A DNA stretch of 64,000 bases, from assembly GCA_963422645.2 (NCBI GenBank), contig CAXXVO010000015.1, positions 163,363-227,362 of the forward strand, read 5' to 3'. The notes beneath the pieces are model-generated. The model had not been told where the DNA came from and did not search any database. It was given only the letters and a program-made list of their open reading frames with translations. Below are positions 1 to 10,261 of the stretch, in pieces. Made by a program: the position numbers and the translations under genes. Every line of letters begins with the position of its first letter. The first letter of the stretch is position 1. The DNA is from Alphaproteobacteria bacterium (GTDB lineage: Bacteria > Pseudomonadota > Alphaproteobacteria > UBA828).

Positions 1-527
1 ACGCCCTGTAGCCGGCGGTGTGCGGCTTCTATGAGACGGCGCATGCGCGCGGAGCGGAAGCGTGCCCTGTGGTGGGGCGTGACCATGCCGGTCTGTCCGG
101 GGGTGGCATCGGTTGCGGGTTTTCCGCCGAAGGCGTTGGTCTGGAGATATGCGAACCTGGCGGCCCTCTGTATGTCGGTGAGGGTCTCGGGGTCGACGGC
201 GCAGAGACGGTGGAACTCGGCTCTTGAGGACGAGGCCCAGTCGAACTGCCGGGCCAACTCCTGCGGATGTTCCCTCACCATCCTGAACAGGTTGACGATG
301 TCTCCGTTGATGTCGTTGACGATCTCGCTTTTCGGCCTCTTGCGCCGCCTGAGGAACACGCCGCCCATGCCGAGGAAGGGTTCGGCGTAGCAGGCATGCG
401 GGACGGCCTCGATGCGCTCGATGATGCGGGCGGCGAGGTATTTCTTGCCGCCGAACCAGGGCGCGAGCGGCGTTGCGGGTTCGACGGCCTCGAGGGCTTC
501 CGGCGCGCGGCCCGAACGACTCGACAC
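1..527 (-). CDS. DNA adenine methyltransferase (Dam/D12-class), prophage-encoded; runs off window edge
   Basis: Hand translation of minus strand: GTG start at 527 after GGAGG; PLAPWFGGKKYLA...YAEPFLGMGGVF...EIVNDINGDIVNLF, the typical N-terminal motifs. Absent from ORF track because it is open at the edge. Confidence 0.88.
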   Translation of the reverse strand, partial: MSSRSGRAPEALEAVEPATPLAPWFGGKKYLAARIIERIEAVPHACYAEPFLGMGGVFLRRRKRPKSEIVNDINGDIVNLFRMVREHPQELARQFDWASSSRAEFHRLCAVDPETLTDIQRAARFAYLQTNAFGGKPATDATPGQTGMVTPHHRARFRSARMRRLIEAAHRRLQG

Positions 528-831
528 GGGGGTCGCCTCCCACGATCATGCTCCCGCCCCGTGCGGGGTGGCGGGACGGCCACAGCTGGGCCGGTTGCGG
601 TCGTGGGAGGCGTTATCTCCCGGTTCGGGATGTTTGCGCATCCCGACCCCCGCCCCGGCCCCCCGGATACCCGGAACAAGTCCGGGCATGTCCGGGGGCA
701 GGCTCTTCCGGACGGCCTTCGGGCCGTCCGGGGCGTGGGTTCGAGACGGATTCCAGCACATTTTGCGTCTTTCGTTCAGGGGACCATGGTCCCCTGACGC
801 GGTTTCCGATTGTGTGCCTATATTCGGCCCC

Positions 832-2061
832 ATGAGCGCACTGGACGGCTGGATCGACGTTTGCCGGACGGGGACCTGGACCGACCTGTCGGGGCAGGAG
901 GTCCTGCTTGGCGAGGACGATCTCGAGCGTGTCGCTGCGGCCTACGGGTCTGCGGACCCTGCGCCTGTTGTTGTGGGCCATCCGGAGACGGACGCGCCGG
1001 CCTGGGGCTGGGTTGACGGCCTGCGGCAGGTGGGCGACCGGCTTCAGGCGAAGCTGCGCGATATCGCGCCCGAGTTCCGGGAGGCTGTCGAGGAGGGGCG
1101 CTACGCCATGCGCTCGGTGGCGCTGCACGGCGACACGCTGGTTCACCTCGGCTTTCTGGGCGGTCGGGCGCCTGCGGTCGACGGCCTTGCGCCGACGCGG
1201 TTCTCGGGTTCTGCGGACCGGACGATCCTTCTGGCGGCGTCGGACCTGGCGGACTCGGAGCGCTGGGCGTGGGGGGCGGTACGGCGGACGCTCAGGCGCC
1301 TGCGCGACTGGGTAATCGAGCGCGACGGCGTGGAGAAGGCCGATGCGCTGATCCCGGAATGGGATATCGAGGCGATCGGCGAGCACATGGATGCGTCCGA
1401 TACGCCGGCGACGCTCGCCGGCAATGCGGGCGCGGCGGCGGCCCGCGAGGCCGTCAGGCGGATGTCCGATACCGTCAACCGGATGTTGGATACCTACGGC
1501 GACACCGGCGGCGGCGCGGACTCTCACGACACCGGCACCATCGACGACGACACGGAGGAGGGCGCGATGCCCGACGAGGACAAGGAGGCCAGGCTGGCCG
1601 CGGAGCGTGAAGAGCTGGCTGCCGCCCGCGCGGCGCTTGCGGCGGAGAGGGCGGCGCACGAGTCGGCGGTCGCTGCGGCGGAGCGCCTTGCGGCGGCGGA
1701 TGAGGAGATCGAGGGCCATGTGAAGGCGGGGCGTGTGCTTCCGGCGGAGGGGCCGCGGCTGTCGGCCCTTCTGGCGTCGCTGCCGGACGACGACGCCGGC
1801 GAGACGCGGCTGGCGTTCGCGGCGCCCGGCGCGGGCGAGGTCCGGGAGACCCCGCGAGCGGCGCTGGCCGGGTTCCTGGGCGGTCTGCCGAAGCGTGTGG
1901 ACTACACCGAGCGTGCGCCGGACGGGGACGCTGCGGCGGAGGAGGCGCGCGATCCGCACGCGCTTGCGTCCCGGGCTCGGGCGCTGATGGCGGCGGATGC
2001 GACGGGGAGCATGACCATCGCCCAGGCGGTGCGCCGGGCGGCGGCGGAGAACGCGGGATGA
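832..2061 (+). CDS. Mu-like prohead protease/scaffold (gpI-like)
   Basis: MSALDGWIDVCRTGTWTD...APVVVGHP...PAWGWV...LVHLGFLGGRAPAVDGL; coiled-coil scaffold-like C-terminus; ATG at 832 is in frame with track ORF 412..2061. Confidence 0.85.
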   Translation: MSALDGWIDVCRTGTWTDLSGQEVLLGEDDLERVAAAYGSADPAPVVVGHPETDAPAWGWVDGLRQVGDRLQAKLRDIAPEFREAVEEGRYAMRSVALHGDTLVHLGFLGGRAPAVDGLAPTRFSGSADRTILLAASDLADSERWAWGAVRRTLRRLRDWVIERDGVEKADALIPEWDIEAIGEHMDASDTPATLAGNAGAAAAREAVRRMSDTVNRMLDTYGDTGGGADSHDTGTIDDDTEEGAMPDEDKEARLAAEREELAAARAALAAERAAHESAVAAAERLAAADEEIEGHVKAGRVLPAEGPRLSALLASLPDDDAGETRLAFAAPGAGEVRETPRAALAGFLGGLPKRVDYTERAPDGDAAAEEARDPHALASRARALMAADATGSMTIAQAVRRAAAENAG

Positions 2062-2636
2062 ACGAATATCTTCTGACGAAGAACTTCGCTGCGGCTGGCG
2101 CGATCGGCGCCCACCGTATCGTCGCCGTCGGCGCGGCGGCCGGGACGGCCGCCCAGGCGGGGGCGAAGAACGCTCCGCTGCTCGGGATCGCCGACGAGCT
2201 CGGTGCGAAGGGCGGCGCCCGGGTGGACGTGCATCTGGCCGGCATCGCGCCGGTCGAGGCGTCCGGGGCCTTCGACAGCGGCGCGTTGCTCGCTGCCGAT
2301 GCCGACGGCAAGGCGGTCGCGGCCGCGCCCGCGAGCTACAGCGCCGTCGTCGACGGCGCCGCCGCCAACGGCGACATTGCAGTGGCGGGCCTGCTCAAGG
2401 CGACCGACAGGCTGACGGCGGTCATCGAGCTGGCCTCGGACGGGGCGGCGGTGGTGCCGCGCACCGCCGCCAGCAGCGTCCACGGCGACGGCGTGATCCG
2501 CTGCACTCAAGGCACCGCCAACAAGAAGCTGCTGGTGCTGTGGGATCGCCGGATACAGGCGGTCGGGCGCGCGCTCGGGGCCGCTGCGGCCGACGGCGAC
2601 ATCGTCCCGGTGCTGATCGCGCCGGCGACGCTCTAG
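2058..2636 (+). CDS. Capsid decoration/cement protein (DUF2190-like)
   Basis: Ala/Gly-rich; GIADELGA...VDV...GIAPVEASGA...ADADGKAV...VGRALGAAAADGDIVPVLI; lies between protease and capsid genes. Confidence 0.65.
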   Translation: MNEYLLTKNFAAAGAIGAHRIVAVGAAAGTAAQAGAKNAPLLGIADELGAKGGARVDVHLAGIAPVEASGAFDSGALLAADADGKAVAAAPASYSAVVDGAAANGDIAVAGLLKATDRLTAVIELASDGAAVVPRTAASSVHGDGVIRCTQGTANKKLLVLWDRRIQAVGRALGAAAADGDIVPVLIAPATL

Positions 2637-2651
2637 GGGAGGGATCGAGCC

Positions 2652-3596
2652 ATGCCTGACAACATTCTCTCGACCTACCCGGTCGATTACGAGCGGACGG
2701 CGATCGCCGTCGGCTATTCCAACCCGGCCTATATCGCCGACGAGGTTCTGCCGCGTGTGACGGTGGGCCGCAAGGAGTACCGCTACACCGAGTATCCGCT
2801 GGGCGAGAGCTTCACGGTTCCGGACACGCGGATCGGGCGGCGGAGCGCGCCGACCATGGTTCACTTCACGGCGAGCGAGAAGCCGGGCGCCTGCGAGGAC
2901 TACGGCCTCGAGGACGCGATCCCGGACGACGACGTGAGGAACGCGCCGCCGACGGCGGCGAGCCCGGTCGACCGCTCGACCATGCGGCTCACGGACCTCT
3001 TGATGATCGCCCGGGAGAAGCGTGCGGCGGACCTTGTGTTCGACAAGGCCCGGTATCCGGACACCAACAAGGTGACGCTGGCGGGCAACAGCCAGTGGAG
3101 CGCGGGCCACGCGGATTCGGACCCGATCGACGACATCGTGGGCGCGATGGAGGGGATGGTGGTCCCGCCGACGCATCTTCTGCTGGGCAGCGCGGTGTGG
3201 CAGAAGCTGCGGACCCACAAGGTCGTCTTGAAGGCGCTGAACCGGAGCGAGGGGGACCGGGGGATTGCGAGCCGCCAGGCTGTGGCGGACCTGTTCGACC
3301 TCCGGTCCGTCATCGTGGGCCAGACCTGGATCAACTCGAAGGCGCGCGGGCAGGACGCGGTGCTGGAGCGGGTCTGGGGCAAGTCTGCGCTTCTGTTCCG
3401 GCGCGACCCGAACGCGGACGCGAGCGGCCCGCCCACTCTGGGGATCACGGCGTCCTGGCGGGGCCGCGAGGTCCGCTCGGGCTTCGACGCGGCGATCGGC
3501 GCGCGGGGCGCGCACCGCATCCGCGTGGTGGACAGCGTGGAGGAGCGGATGGTCGCGCCCATGGCGGGCTATCTGTTCGACGCGGCGGTTGCATGA
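2652..3596 (+). CDS. Major capsid protein
   Basis: 314 aa; TAIAVGYSNPAYIADEVLPRV...DYGLED...WGK...GYLFDAAVA; strong RBS (GGAGG). Confidence 0.85.
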   Translation: MPDNILSTYPVDYERTAIAVGYSNPAYIADEVLPRVTVGRKEYRYTEYPLGESFTVPDTRIGRRSAPTMVHFTASEKPGACEDYGLEDAIPDDDVRNAPPTAASPVDRSTMRLTDLLMIAREKRAADLVFDKARYPDTNKVTLAGNSQWSAGHADSDPIDDIVGAMEGMVVPPTHLLLGSAVWQKLRTHKVVLKALNRSEGDRGIASRQAVADLFDLRSVIVGQTWINSKARGQDAVLERVWGKSALLFRRDPNADASGPPTLGITASWRGREVRSGFDAAIGARGAHRIRVVDSVEERMVAPMAGYLFDAAVA

Positions 3597-3997
3597 CGGG
3601 GGAGGCCGCCATGATGTACCGGGTTCTGTCGCCGCTCCGGGTCGGGCGCGTGCGGCACGAGCCGGGGGCGGAGATCGCGTTGCCGCTGGAGCCCGAAGAC
3701 ATCCGCCCGCTGATCGAGCGCGGCATCGTCGCGCCGGCCGCAGATGCCGGCGGCGACGCCGGAACCGGGACCGCCACCGGAACGCCTCGCCCGGCCGGCG
3801 GCGCGGGGGAGGGCCGGGAGGCTGCGATCCTCGCCGCCATCGCCGGCCTGGAAGAGGGCAACCCGGACCACTGGACGCAGGACGGGCGTCCCGAGGTTCG
3901 GGCGCTCAGGGCGGCGAGCGGGCTTGGCGACATCGCGGCGGCCGATCGCGACGCGGCGTGGGCGGCATATCGGGAAGCACGGGAGGAAGCGGAATGA
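3593..3997 (+). CDS. Phage hypothetical protein following capsid gene
   Basis: ATGA overlap with capsid stop; C-terminal WTQDGRPEVRAL...ADRDAAW motif seen in Mu-like head regions. Confidence 0.6.
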   Translation: MTGEAAMMYRVLSPLRVGRVRHEPGAEIALPLEPEDIRPLIERGIVAPAADAGGDAGTGTATGTPRPAGGAGEGREAAILAAIAGLEEGNPDHWTQDGRPEVRALRAASGLGDIAAADRDAAWAAYREAREEAE

Positions 3998-4077
3998 GCA
4001 AGGGCGAGCTGCGCGTCGGGATCGGGTTCAACCCGTCCGGCGACGGGACGGTTGCGGCGATCAAGCGGGCGGGGTGA
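3994..4077 (+). pseudogene. 27-aa truncated remnant of a small phage protein (RVGIxFNPS family, possibly Acb2/Tad1-like)
   Basis: MSKGELRVGIGFNPSGDGTVAAIKRAG*, with RBS and coupled start; stops where such proteins normally continue. Confidence 0.4.
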
Positions 4078-4079
4078 TC

Positions 4080-4505
4080 GTGTCCTACGCCACGCCCGAG
4101 GATCTGCGGACGCGCTACGGGTCCGGGGAGCTGGACCGGCTGCTCGACGAGGGCTGCGACGGCGAGCCCGACAAGGGCCGTGTCGAGATGGCGCTTTCGG
4201 ACGCCTCGGCCGAGATCGACAGCACGCTGGCGCGGGCCTTCGGCCTGCCGCTGCCGGCGGGCGGCTATCCGGCGCTCACGGCGATCTGTTGCGACCTGGC
4301 GCGCCAGCGGCTCTACGACGACGCGCCGACGGACGCGGTGAGCAACAAGGCCCGGCGTGCGCGGGCTCTGCTGAAGGCCATTGCCGAGGGCGAGGCGGCG
4401 CTGATCGACGCGCAGGGCGGGACCGTCTCCCGCCGCGGCCCGGCGGCTCCGGCCCATTCCGGGCCTGCGCCGGTCATGACGCCCGAGACCCTGGCGGGGA
4501 TGTGA
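4080..4505 (+). CDS. Mu gp36-like head-tail adaptor (DUF1320)
   Basis: GTG-SYATPEDLRTRYG...ALSDASAEIDS...ICCDLARQRLY. Confidence 0.85.
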   Translation: MSYATPEDLRTRYGSGELDRLLDEGCDGEPDKGRVEMALSDASAEIDSTLARAFGLPLPAGGYPALTAICCDLARQRLYDDAPTDAVSNKARRARALLKAIAEGEAALIDAQGGTVSRRGPAAPAHSGPAPVMTPETLAGM

Positions 4506-4542
4506 TGTCTGCCCTCGGGCAGCGCCGCGGCAGGGCGCGATA

Positions 4543-5064
4543 ATGTCCGGCGCGGGGGTGCGTGTCGACGTGGAGTACGACGACCGCGAGGTGCGCGCGG
4601 CGCTGGTGCGCCTGATCGCGCGCATGGACGACCCGCGCCCGGTCATGGACGGGATCGGGCAGAAGCTCGTGACCTCGGTCATCGACAGGTTCGAGCGCGA
4701 GCAGGAGCCAAACGGGGTGCCGTGGAAGCCCTCGCAGCGAGCGCTCGAGGAGAGCGGCCGGACGCTGACGGACACCGGGCGGCTCCGGGCCTCGATCACC
4801 CATCGCGCCTCGCGCGACGGGGTCGTGGTCGGCACCAATGTCGTCTATGCCGCGATCCACCAGTTCGGCGGACGCACGCCGGCGCGCACGATCCGGCCGC
4901 TGGGGAAGAAGGCGCTGTTCTGGCCGGGGGCTGCGCATCCGGTGAAGAAGGTCGAGCACCCGGGGTCGACGGTCACGGCGCGGCCCTTCCTGGGCGTGAA
5001 CGGGGGCGACCGCGACGCGATCCTGCGGCTGCTCGGGCGCCACCTGGCGGGGGCGGTGTCGTGA
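4543..5064 (+). CDS. Phage virion morphogenesis protein (Mu gpG-like)
   Basis: PNGVPWKPS...LTDTGRLRASI...VGTNVVYAAIHQFGG...ARPFLG. Confidence 0.9.
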   Translation: MSGAGVRVDVEYDDREVRAALVRLIARMDDPRPVMDGIGQKLVTSVIDRFEREQEPNGVPWKPSQRALEESGRTLTDTGRLRASITHRASRDGVVVGTNVVYAAIHQFGGRTPARTIRPLGKKALFWPGAAHPVKKVEHPGSTVTARPFLGVNGGDRDAILRLLGRHLAGAVS

Positions 5065-5645
5065 GCGCTGCGGTGCTCGATATGGATTTCCCGGCCGCCG
5101 ACGCGGCCGTGGCGCGGTTGCGCGCGCTGTTCACGCGGAAGGGGCGCGAGGGCCGCGACCTGCCGGAGTGGGCCGACGAATACGTGGCCGCGACCGGCGG
5201 CCTGCGCGACGTGCTGGGCCTGCTGGACTGGCCCGGCGCGGCGAAGGTCCACCCGCCGCTGGCGGGTGTGGCGCCGGTCGAGACGGTCGCAGGCGAGAAC
5301 CGGGGCGGCGATGCCGGCGCGGTGCAGCTGATGACGGCGACGATCGCGGTCGCGGTCGTGATCGCAGCGCCCGACGACCCCGGCGGGGCGTCGGCGCGAA
5401 ACCGGCGCGAGCTGGGCGAGCACCTGGCGGCGACGCGCGCGGCGCTGATCGGCTGGTGTCCGCCGGAGGCGGGCGAAGACGAGGACGCGGGGCGGCGCTG
5501 CGAGCCCCTGAGCTTCCGCTCGGGCCGGCTGCTCGGCATCGAGGACGGGCGCATCGCCTGGGAGGACCGCTACGAGACGCGGTACTGGATCGCCGGCGGC
5601 GCCGGCCTGACGAGGGAGGGGTGCTGCGATGGCACAGACGGCTGA
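5061..5645 (+). CDS. Putative tail terminator/neck protein (gp37-like)
   Basis: GTGA overlap; RAALIGWCP...PLSFRSGRLL...WEDRY; position before tail tube. Confidence 0.6.
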   Translation: MSAAVLDMDFPAADAAVARLRALFTRKGREGRDLPEWADEYVAATGGLRDVLGLLDWPGAAKVHPPLAGVAPVETVAGENRGGDAGAVQLMTATIAVAVVIAAPDDPGGASARNRRELGEHLAATRAALIGWCPPEAGEDEDAGRRCEPLSFRSGRLLGIEDGRIAWEDRYETRYWIAGGAGLTREGCCDGTDG

Positions 5646-6456
5646 CGCGGGAGGGAACACGCTGATCCTGGGAGGCGGCAGGCTCTACGTCGCCGAACTC
5701 CGGGACGGCGGCCAGGGCGAGCTGCGTTATCTGGGGGCTTCGCCCGGGGCCAGCCTGAGCATCGAGCAGCAGCGGCTGACGGTGATGGACCCTGACGGGC
5801 CCGACCCGGCCGCGAAGCTCGCGGACATCGTGACCGACACGACGCGCACGCTCTCGATGACGCTGAACGACATCAGCGCCGGGAACATCGCGCTCTTCCT
5901 GTCGGGCGCGACCGACGAGGCGGGAGCGAACGAGGTTACCGAGCTGATCTCGCCGGCGGTCAGGGACGCCTGGTATCAGCTCGGCACGGGGCGCAAGGCC
6001 GACGGCACGGCCCTCGACATCGCCGGGCCGATCCTCAGGGTCGGGTCCGTCAAGGAGGCGCTCAAGGGCGCGACGGCGGTCGACAAGGTCGCGTACGGGT
6101 CGGACGGCCGCAAGGAGAAGTACGTCGTCGACGAGGCCCACGGGCGCGTGAAGGTGGTCGGCGACACCGGCGCCGGCGCCCTGATCCACGGCGACCCGGC
6201 CGCGTTCCGGCTTGTCTACACACCGGTCGCCGGCCACGCCGTGGCCGCGGCGTCGCGCGAGATCAAGGTTGCGCTGCGCTACCAGGAGAGCCGGCCGATG
6301 CGCGGCGGTATCGGCAAGGCGCGGCACCTCTACAGCGACTGCGTCTCGATCCGCCCGGGCGGCGAGTGGGCGCTCAAGAGCGAGGGCCAGGTCCAGCAGC
6401 TCCCGCTCGTCGCCGAGGTCCTCGGCGGCCTGTGGGTCTATGCGGAGGGCGAGTGA
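5629..6456 (+). CDS. Major tail tube protein (siphovirus-type, B3-like)
   Basis: ILGGGRLY...RYLGASPGASLSI...LNDISAGNIALFLSG...IRPGGEWALK. Confidence 0.75.
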   Translation: MAQTADAGGNTLILGGGRLYVAELRDGGQGELRYLGASPGASLSIEQQRLTVMDPDGPDPAAKLADIVTDTTRTLSMTLNDISAGNIALFLSGATDEAGANEVTELISPAVRDAWYQLGTGRKADGTALDIAGPILRVGSVKEALKGATAVDKVAYGSDGRKEKYVVDEAHGRVKVVGDTGAGALIHGDPAAFRLVYTPVAGHAVAAASREIKVALRYQESRPMRGGIGKARHLYSDCVSIRPGGEWALKSEGQVQQLPLVAEVLGGLWVYAEGE

Positions 6457-7115
6457 TGGCGCGCAAGGCCGGGGCAACTCCCAAGCCCGGGGCGGACGGC
6501 GAGGCGGCAGCGGAAGCCGGGGCCGGCACGGCGGACGACGAGCTGAAGGTGCTGTTCCCCGACGTCGAGATCGAGGTCCGGGACCCTGACACGGGCGAGC
6601 CCGTCGTTCTCACGGTGCGCGAGTTCCGCTTCCGCGAGGGGCTGGAGGCGGCGGCGCTGGCGCGGCCGCTGATCGCGGCGCTGGAGGCGCTGGTGCCGGA
6701 GGACGCGGAGACGGCGCTGCCCGACCCCGCGGCGCTCGACGCCGCCCTGGGCGCGCATGCCGATCTCTGGCTTGAACTGGTGGCCCGCGCGTGCGGGCGC
6801 GATGCGGCCTGGCTCGCGCGGCTCGGCGACGGCGACGCTCACGCTGTTACCCTGGCGATGTGGGGGGCGAACGGGGGTTTTTTTTGTGCGCCGCGTCGTG
6901 GGCGCCGTCGCGGCGCGGGCGGAGACGGCGCGCCTGTTCCGCTCTCCCGCGTCCTTGGCGACCTCGCCGCCGCCGGCCACGGGCGCGGGCACGCCGGGCT
7001 CTGCGAGACACTGACATGGCGGCAGATGGAGCTGTTCTGGCGGCGCGCCGGGGAACGGCGCGCGGAGGAGCTGGAGGCGCTCGCCGCCGGCCTCGGGGTC
7101 AGGCTGTCAGGATGA
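6456..7115 (+). CDS. Tail assembly chaperone (gpG/gpGT-like) containing slippery G5T8 tract
   Basis: DDELKVLFPD...LTVREFRFREGL...WGANGGFF; GGGGGTTTTTTTT at 6873-6885; directly upstream of tape measure. Confidence 0.7.
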   Translation: MARKAGATPKPGADGEAAAEAGAGTADDELKVLFPDVEIEVRDPDTGEPVVLTVREFRFREGLEAAALARPLIAALEALVPEDAETALPDPAALDAALGAHADLWLELVARACGRDAAWLARLGDGDAHAVTLAMWGANGGFFCAPRRGRRRGAGGDGAPVPLSRVLGDLAAAGHGRGHAGLCETLTWRQMELFWRRAGERRAEELEALAAGLGVRLSG

Positions 7116-7279
7116 GCACTGCGAACAGAACGGCGAGCCGGCAGGCCGCCGCGGCGCAGTCCCCTGCGACGCGCCCGATCAGGGCGTCGATCCCGTCTGC
7201 CCGGTGCATGGCCGCGAGTATGCGGCGCGGGGCGGCCGGTCGCAACGCCGCGGCGGATATCATGGCGGGAGCGCGCTAG

Positions 7280-7713
7280 ATGGCGCGCGATCTCGAGCTT
7301 GCGCTGCGCGTCCGCGCCGACCTGGAGCAGGCGGTGCGCGGCATGAAGCGGCTGGAGGGCCGTCTCGGCGGGACTGCCCGCCAGGGCGGCCGCGCGGCTG
7401 CGAGCATGCGTGCGATGGGCGCCGCCGCCGAGCGCGCGCGGCGGGGCGTCTTCTCGCTGCGCGGCGTTCTGGTCGGGCTCGGCCTGGCGGGCGCCATGCG
7501 CGGTATCGCGCGGGCGACGATCCGCCAGGAGCAGGCGATCGCGCAGGTGGAGCGCGGCATCCGCAACCTCGGCGAGGCCACGGAGCTCACGACCGGGGAC
7601 CTGCGCCGGATGGCGGCGGAGCTTCAGCAGGTCACGACCTTCGGCGACGAGGCGATCCTGGAGATGCAGTCGCTGCTGCTGACCTTCCGCGAGCTCGGCG
7701 CCGCCGGGCCTGT
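7280..7713 (+). pseudogene. Tape measure protein, N-terminal fragment truncated by IS21
   Basis: MARDLELALRVRAD...LQQVTTFGDEAILEMQSLLLTF; reading frame runs into the IS21 left end. Confidence 0.85.
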
Positions 7714-7829
7714 TGTTAAGCGTGGAAAAGTGACCCCCTATTGGGGGTGATCGGCGTCCAAAATTGACCCCCTTGGATTTGTGTCCATGAACACACCTCG
7801 TCGTTTGGACGGACGGGGTGGTGGGGGAG

Positions 7830-9344
7830 ATGCTGGTTGTGGAAACGATCGCGAAGATCCGTCGGGATCATCTGGTGAAGGGCGTTCCGATCAAGAAGCT
7901 CGCCCGGGATTTGAGGGTTTCCAAGAACACGATACGCAAGGTGGTGCGGGGCGATGCGACCTCGCACAGCTACGAGCGCAAGATCCAGCCGATGCCGAAG
8001 CTTGGGCTGTGGGTGGAGGAGCTTGAGCGCCAGCTGAAGGCCAACGAGAAGAAGGCACGCAAGGATCGGCTGTCTCTTCTGCGGATTCATGAAGACCTTG
8101 TGTCGCTGGGCTACAAGGGCGGCTATGACGCGGTTCGCCGCTATGCCAGGGCCTGGCGGCGCCGGTGGCGGCTGTTGTCGCCGGCGCAGGCCTATGTGCC
8201 GCTGATCTTCGATCCCGGCGAGGCCTACCAGTTCGACTGGAGCCACGAGTACGCGCGTCTGTCGGGCGCGACGACCAGGGTGAAGGCGGCGCACATGCGG
8301 CTGTGCCACAGCCGGATGTATCTGGTCCAGATCTTTCCCCGCGAGAGCCAGGAGATGGTCTTCGAGGCGCACGAGCGTGCCTTCCGCTTCTTCGGCGGGG
8401 TCTGCCGGCGGGGCATCTACGACAACATGAAGACGGCGGTGAGCACGATCTTCGTGGGCAAGAAGCGGGACTACAACCGCCGCTTCCAGGAGCTGTGCTC
8501 GCACCATCTGGTGGAGCCTGTGGCGTGCACGCCAGGGGCTGGCTGGGAGAAGGGGCAGGTCGAGAAGCAGGTGGGTGACCTTCGCGGCCGCCTGTTCGTG
8601 CCCATCCCGCGGGGCCGCTCCTACGCCGAGATCAACGAGTGGCTGATGGATCGGTGCATCGAGGACGCCAAGAAGCATCCGCATCCGACAATCCCGGGCA
8701 AGACGGTGTGGCAGGTGTTCGAGGAGGAGCAGCCCTTCCTGATGGCGTATCGCGGCCCCTTCGACGGCTTCCATGCCAGCGAGGTGTCGGTCTCGAAGAC
8801 CTGTCTGGTGCGCTTCGACAACAACCAGTACAGCGTCGCGGCCCGCGCCGTCGGCCGGCCGGTGGACGTGCGGGCCTATGCCGATCGGATCGTCATCCGC
8901 CAGGACGGCGAGACCGTTGCCGAGCACCCCCGCAGCTTCGGGCGCGGCCGGTTCGTCTACGATCCGTGGCATTACGTGCCGATCCTGACGCGGAAGCCCG
9001 GCGCGCTACGCAATGGCGCGCCCTTCAAGGACTGGCAGTTGCCCAACGCGCTCGGCCGCCTGCGAACCCGGCTCGCGGGCCACGACGACGGCGACCGGCA
9101 GTTCGTCAAGGTGCTCGCGGCGGTGCTGGAGGACGGACTGGAGGCGGTTGAGGCGGCCTGTGCCGAGACGCTCGACTGCGGTGCCTGCAGCGCCGACGTG
9201 GTGCTCAACATCCTCGCCCGGCAGCGCCAGCCGGCACCGCCGGCAATCATCCCGACGCCCGAGGGCCTGCAGCTTCGCCACAAGCCGGTAGCCGACTGTC
9301 AGCGCTACGACAGCCTGAGGGAGGCCGGTCATGGAGCGTCATGA
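7830..9344 (+). CDS. istA: IS21 transposase
   Basis: HTH N-terminus; [23 protein letters not shown] motifs. Confidence 0.95.
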   Translation: MLVVETIAKIRRDHLVKGVPIKKLARDLRVSKNTIRKVVRGDATSHSYERKIQPMPKLGLWVEELERQLKANEKKARKDRLSLLRIHEDLVSLGYKGGYDAVRRYARAWRRRWRLLSPAQAYVPLIFDPGEAYQFDWSHEYARLSGATTRVKAAHMRLCHSRMYLVQIFPRESQEMVFEAHERAFRFFGGVCRRGIYDNMKTAVSTIFVGKKRDYNRRFQELCSHHLVEPVACTPGAGWEKGQVEKQVGDLRGRLFVPIPRGRSYAEINEWLMDRCIEDAKKHPHPTIPGKTVWQVFEEEQPFLMAYRGPFDGFHASEVSVSKTCLVRFDNNQYSVAARAVGRPVDVRAYADRIVIRQDGETVAEHPRSFGRGRFVYDPWHYVPILTRKPGALRNGAPFKDWQLPNALGRLRTRLAGHDDGDRQFVKVLAAVLEDGLEAVEAACAETLDCGACSADVVLNILARQRQPAPPAIIPTPEGLQLRHKPVADCQRYDSLREAGHGAS

Positions 9345-10059
9345 TGTGCTGGAGATGATGACCCAGCTGAAGCTCGCAGGTATGCGCGCCGCTTACGACG
9401 ACATCCTTGCCGACGGGCTCAAGCGCCGCCATCCGGTGCAACAGATCATCGGTACGCTGCTGCAGGTCGAGATCGCCGACAAGAGGGCCCGCTCGATCAA
9501 GTACCAGATGGCCTCCGCCAAGCTGCCGACGGTCAAGGAGCTGGCCGACTTCGACTTCGCCGCCTCGCCGGTCAACGAGCCCCTGATCCAGGAGCTCGCC
9601 GGCGGCGGCTTCCTCGAGGGCAAACGCAACATCGTGCTGGTCGGCGGCACCGGTACCGGCAAGACCCATCTCGCCGTCGCCATCGCGCGGTCCTGCATCC
9701 GCAAGGGCGCGCGCGGCCGGTGCTACAACGTCGTCGACCTGGTCAACCTCCTCGAGGCCGAGCTTCGCGCCGGACGCCAGGGCCGCACTGCAGACCAGCT
9801 CGTCCGCCGCGACTTCGTCATCCTCGACGAGCTCGGCTACCTGCCCTTCGCCCAGGCCGGTGGGCAGCTGCTCTTCCATCTGATGAGCCGGCTCTACGAG
9901 CGCACCTCGATCGTCATCACCACAAACCTCGCCTTCGGCGAATGGCCATCCGTCTTCGGCGACCCCAAGATGACCACAGCGCTGCTCGATCGCCTCACCC
10001 ATCATTGCGAGATCATCGAGACCGGCAACGAGAGCTGGCGCTTCAAGAACCGCTCCTGA
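9331..10059 (+). CDS. istB: IS21 helper ATPase
   Basis: Walker A GGTGTGKT, Walker B LDELGY, LDRLTHH. Confidence 0.95.
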   Translation: MERHDVLEMMTQLKLAGMRAAYDDILADGLKRRHPVQQIIGTLLQVEIADKRARSIKYQMASAKLPTVKELADFDFAASPVNEPLIQELAGGGFLEGKRNIVLVGGTGTGKTHLAVAIARSCIRKGARGRCYNVVDLVNLLEAELRAGRQGRTADQLVRRDFVILDELGYLPFAQAGGQLLFHLMSRLYERTSIVITTNLAFGEWPSVFGDPKMTTALLDRLTHHCEIIETGNESWRFKNRS

Positions 10060-10261
10060 CCCGCCGCCGGCCTCCCTTGCGGCCCGGTTGCCCCGGTGGG
10101 CCAACAGGGACCCCCCACGCGGCTTCGCTCCGCGTAGCGCAGGGCGCCACACGAAGCCGCGCGGGTCCCCCCTATTGGCTACCGGGACAACCTCCGCCGT
10201 GCCACTCAGGGGGGTCAATTTTGCACGCCGATCGGGGGTCAGTATTGAAAGCCGATTGACA

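Larger units (their letters stand above)
1..7713. mobile_element. Mu/B3-like transposable prophage structural module, truncated on the right by IS21
   Basis: Gene order protease-decoration-capsid-gp36-like-virion morphogenesis-tail terminator-tail tube-chaperone-tape measure. Confidence 0.85.
7714..10261 (+). mobile_element. IS21-family element (copy A), no target duplication
   Basis: Ends TGTTAAGCG...TGACCCC and GGGGTCA...GATTGACA with repeated subterminal TGACCCC boxes; istA-istB inside; flanks are unrelated genes. Confidence 0.92.

Noticed and set aside
412-831. N-terminal extension of the protease ORF
   Set aside because: Overlaps the minus-strand methylase and intergenic DNA; protease similarity starts at ATG 832.
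7099-7279. Small ORFs on either strand between chaperone and tape measure
   Set aside because: About 55 aa, no recognisable motif; strand cannot be decided.
10088-10261. Start of the 311-aa traD ORF
   Set aside because: Lies within the IS21 right end; chimeric read-through, not the native start.
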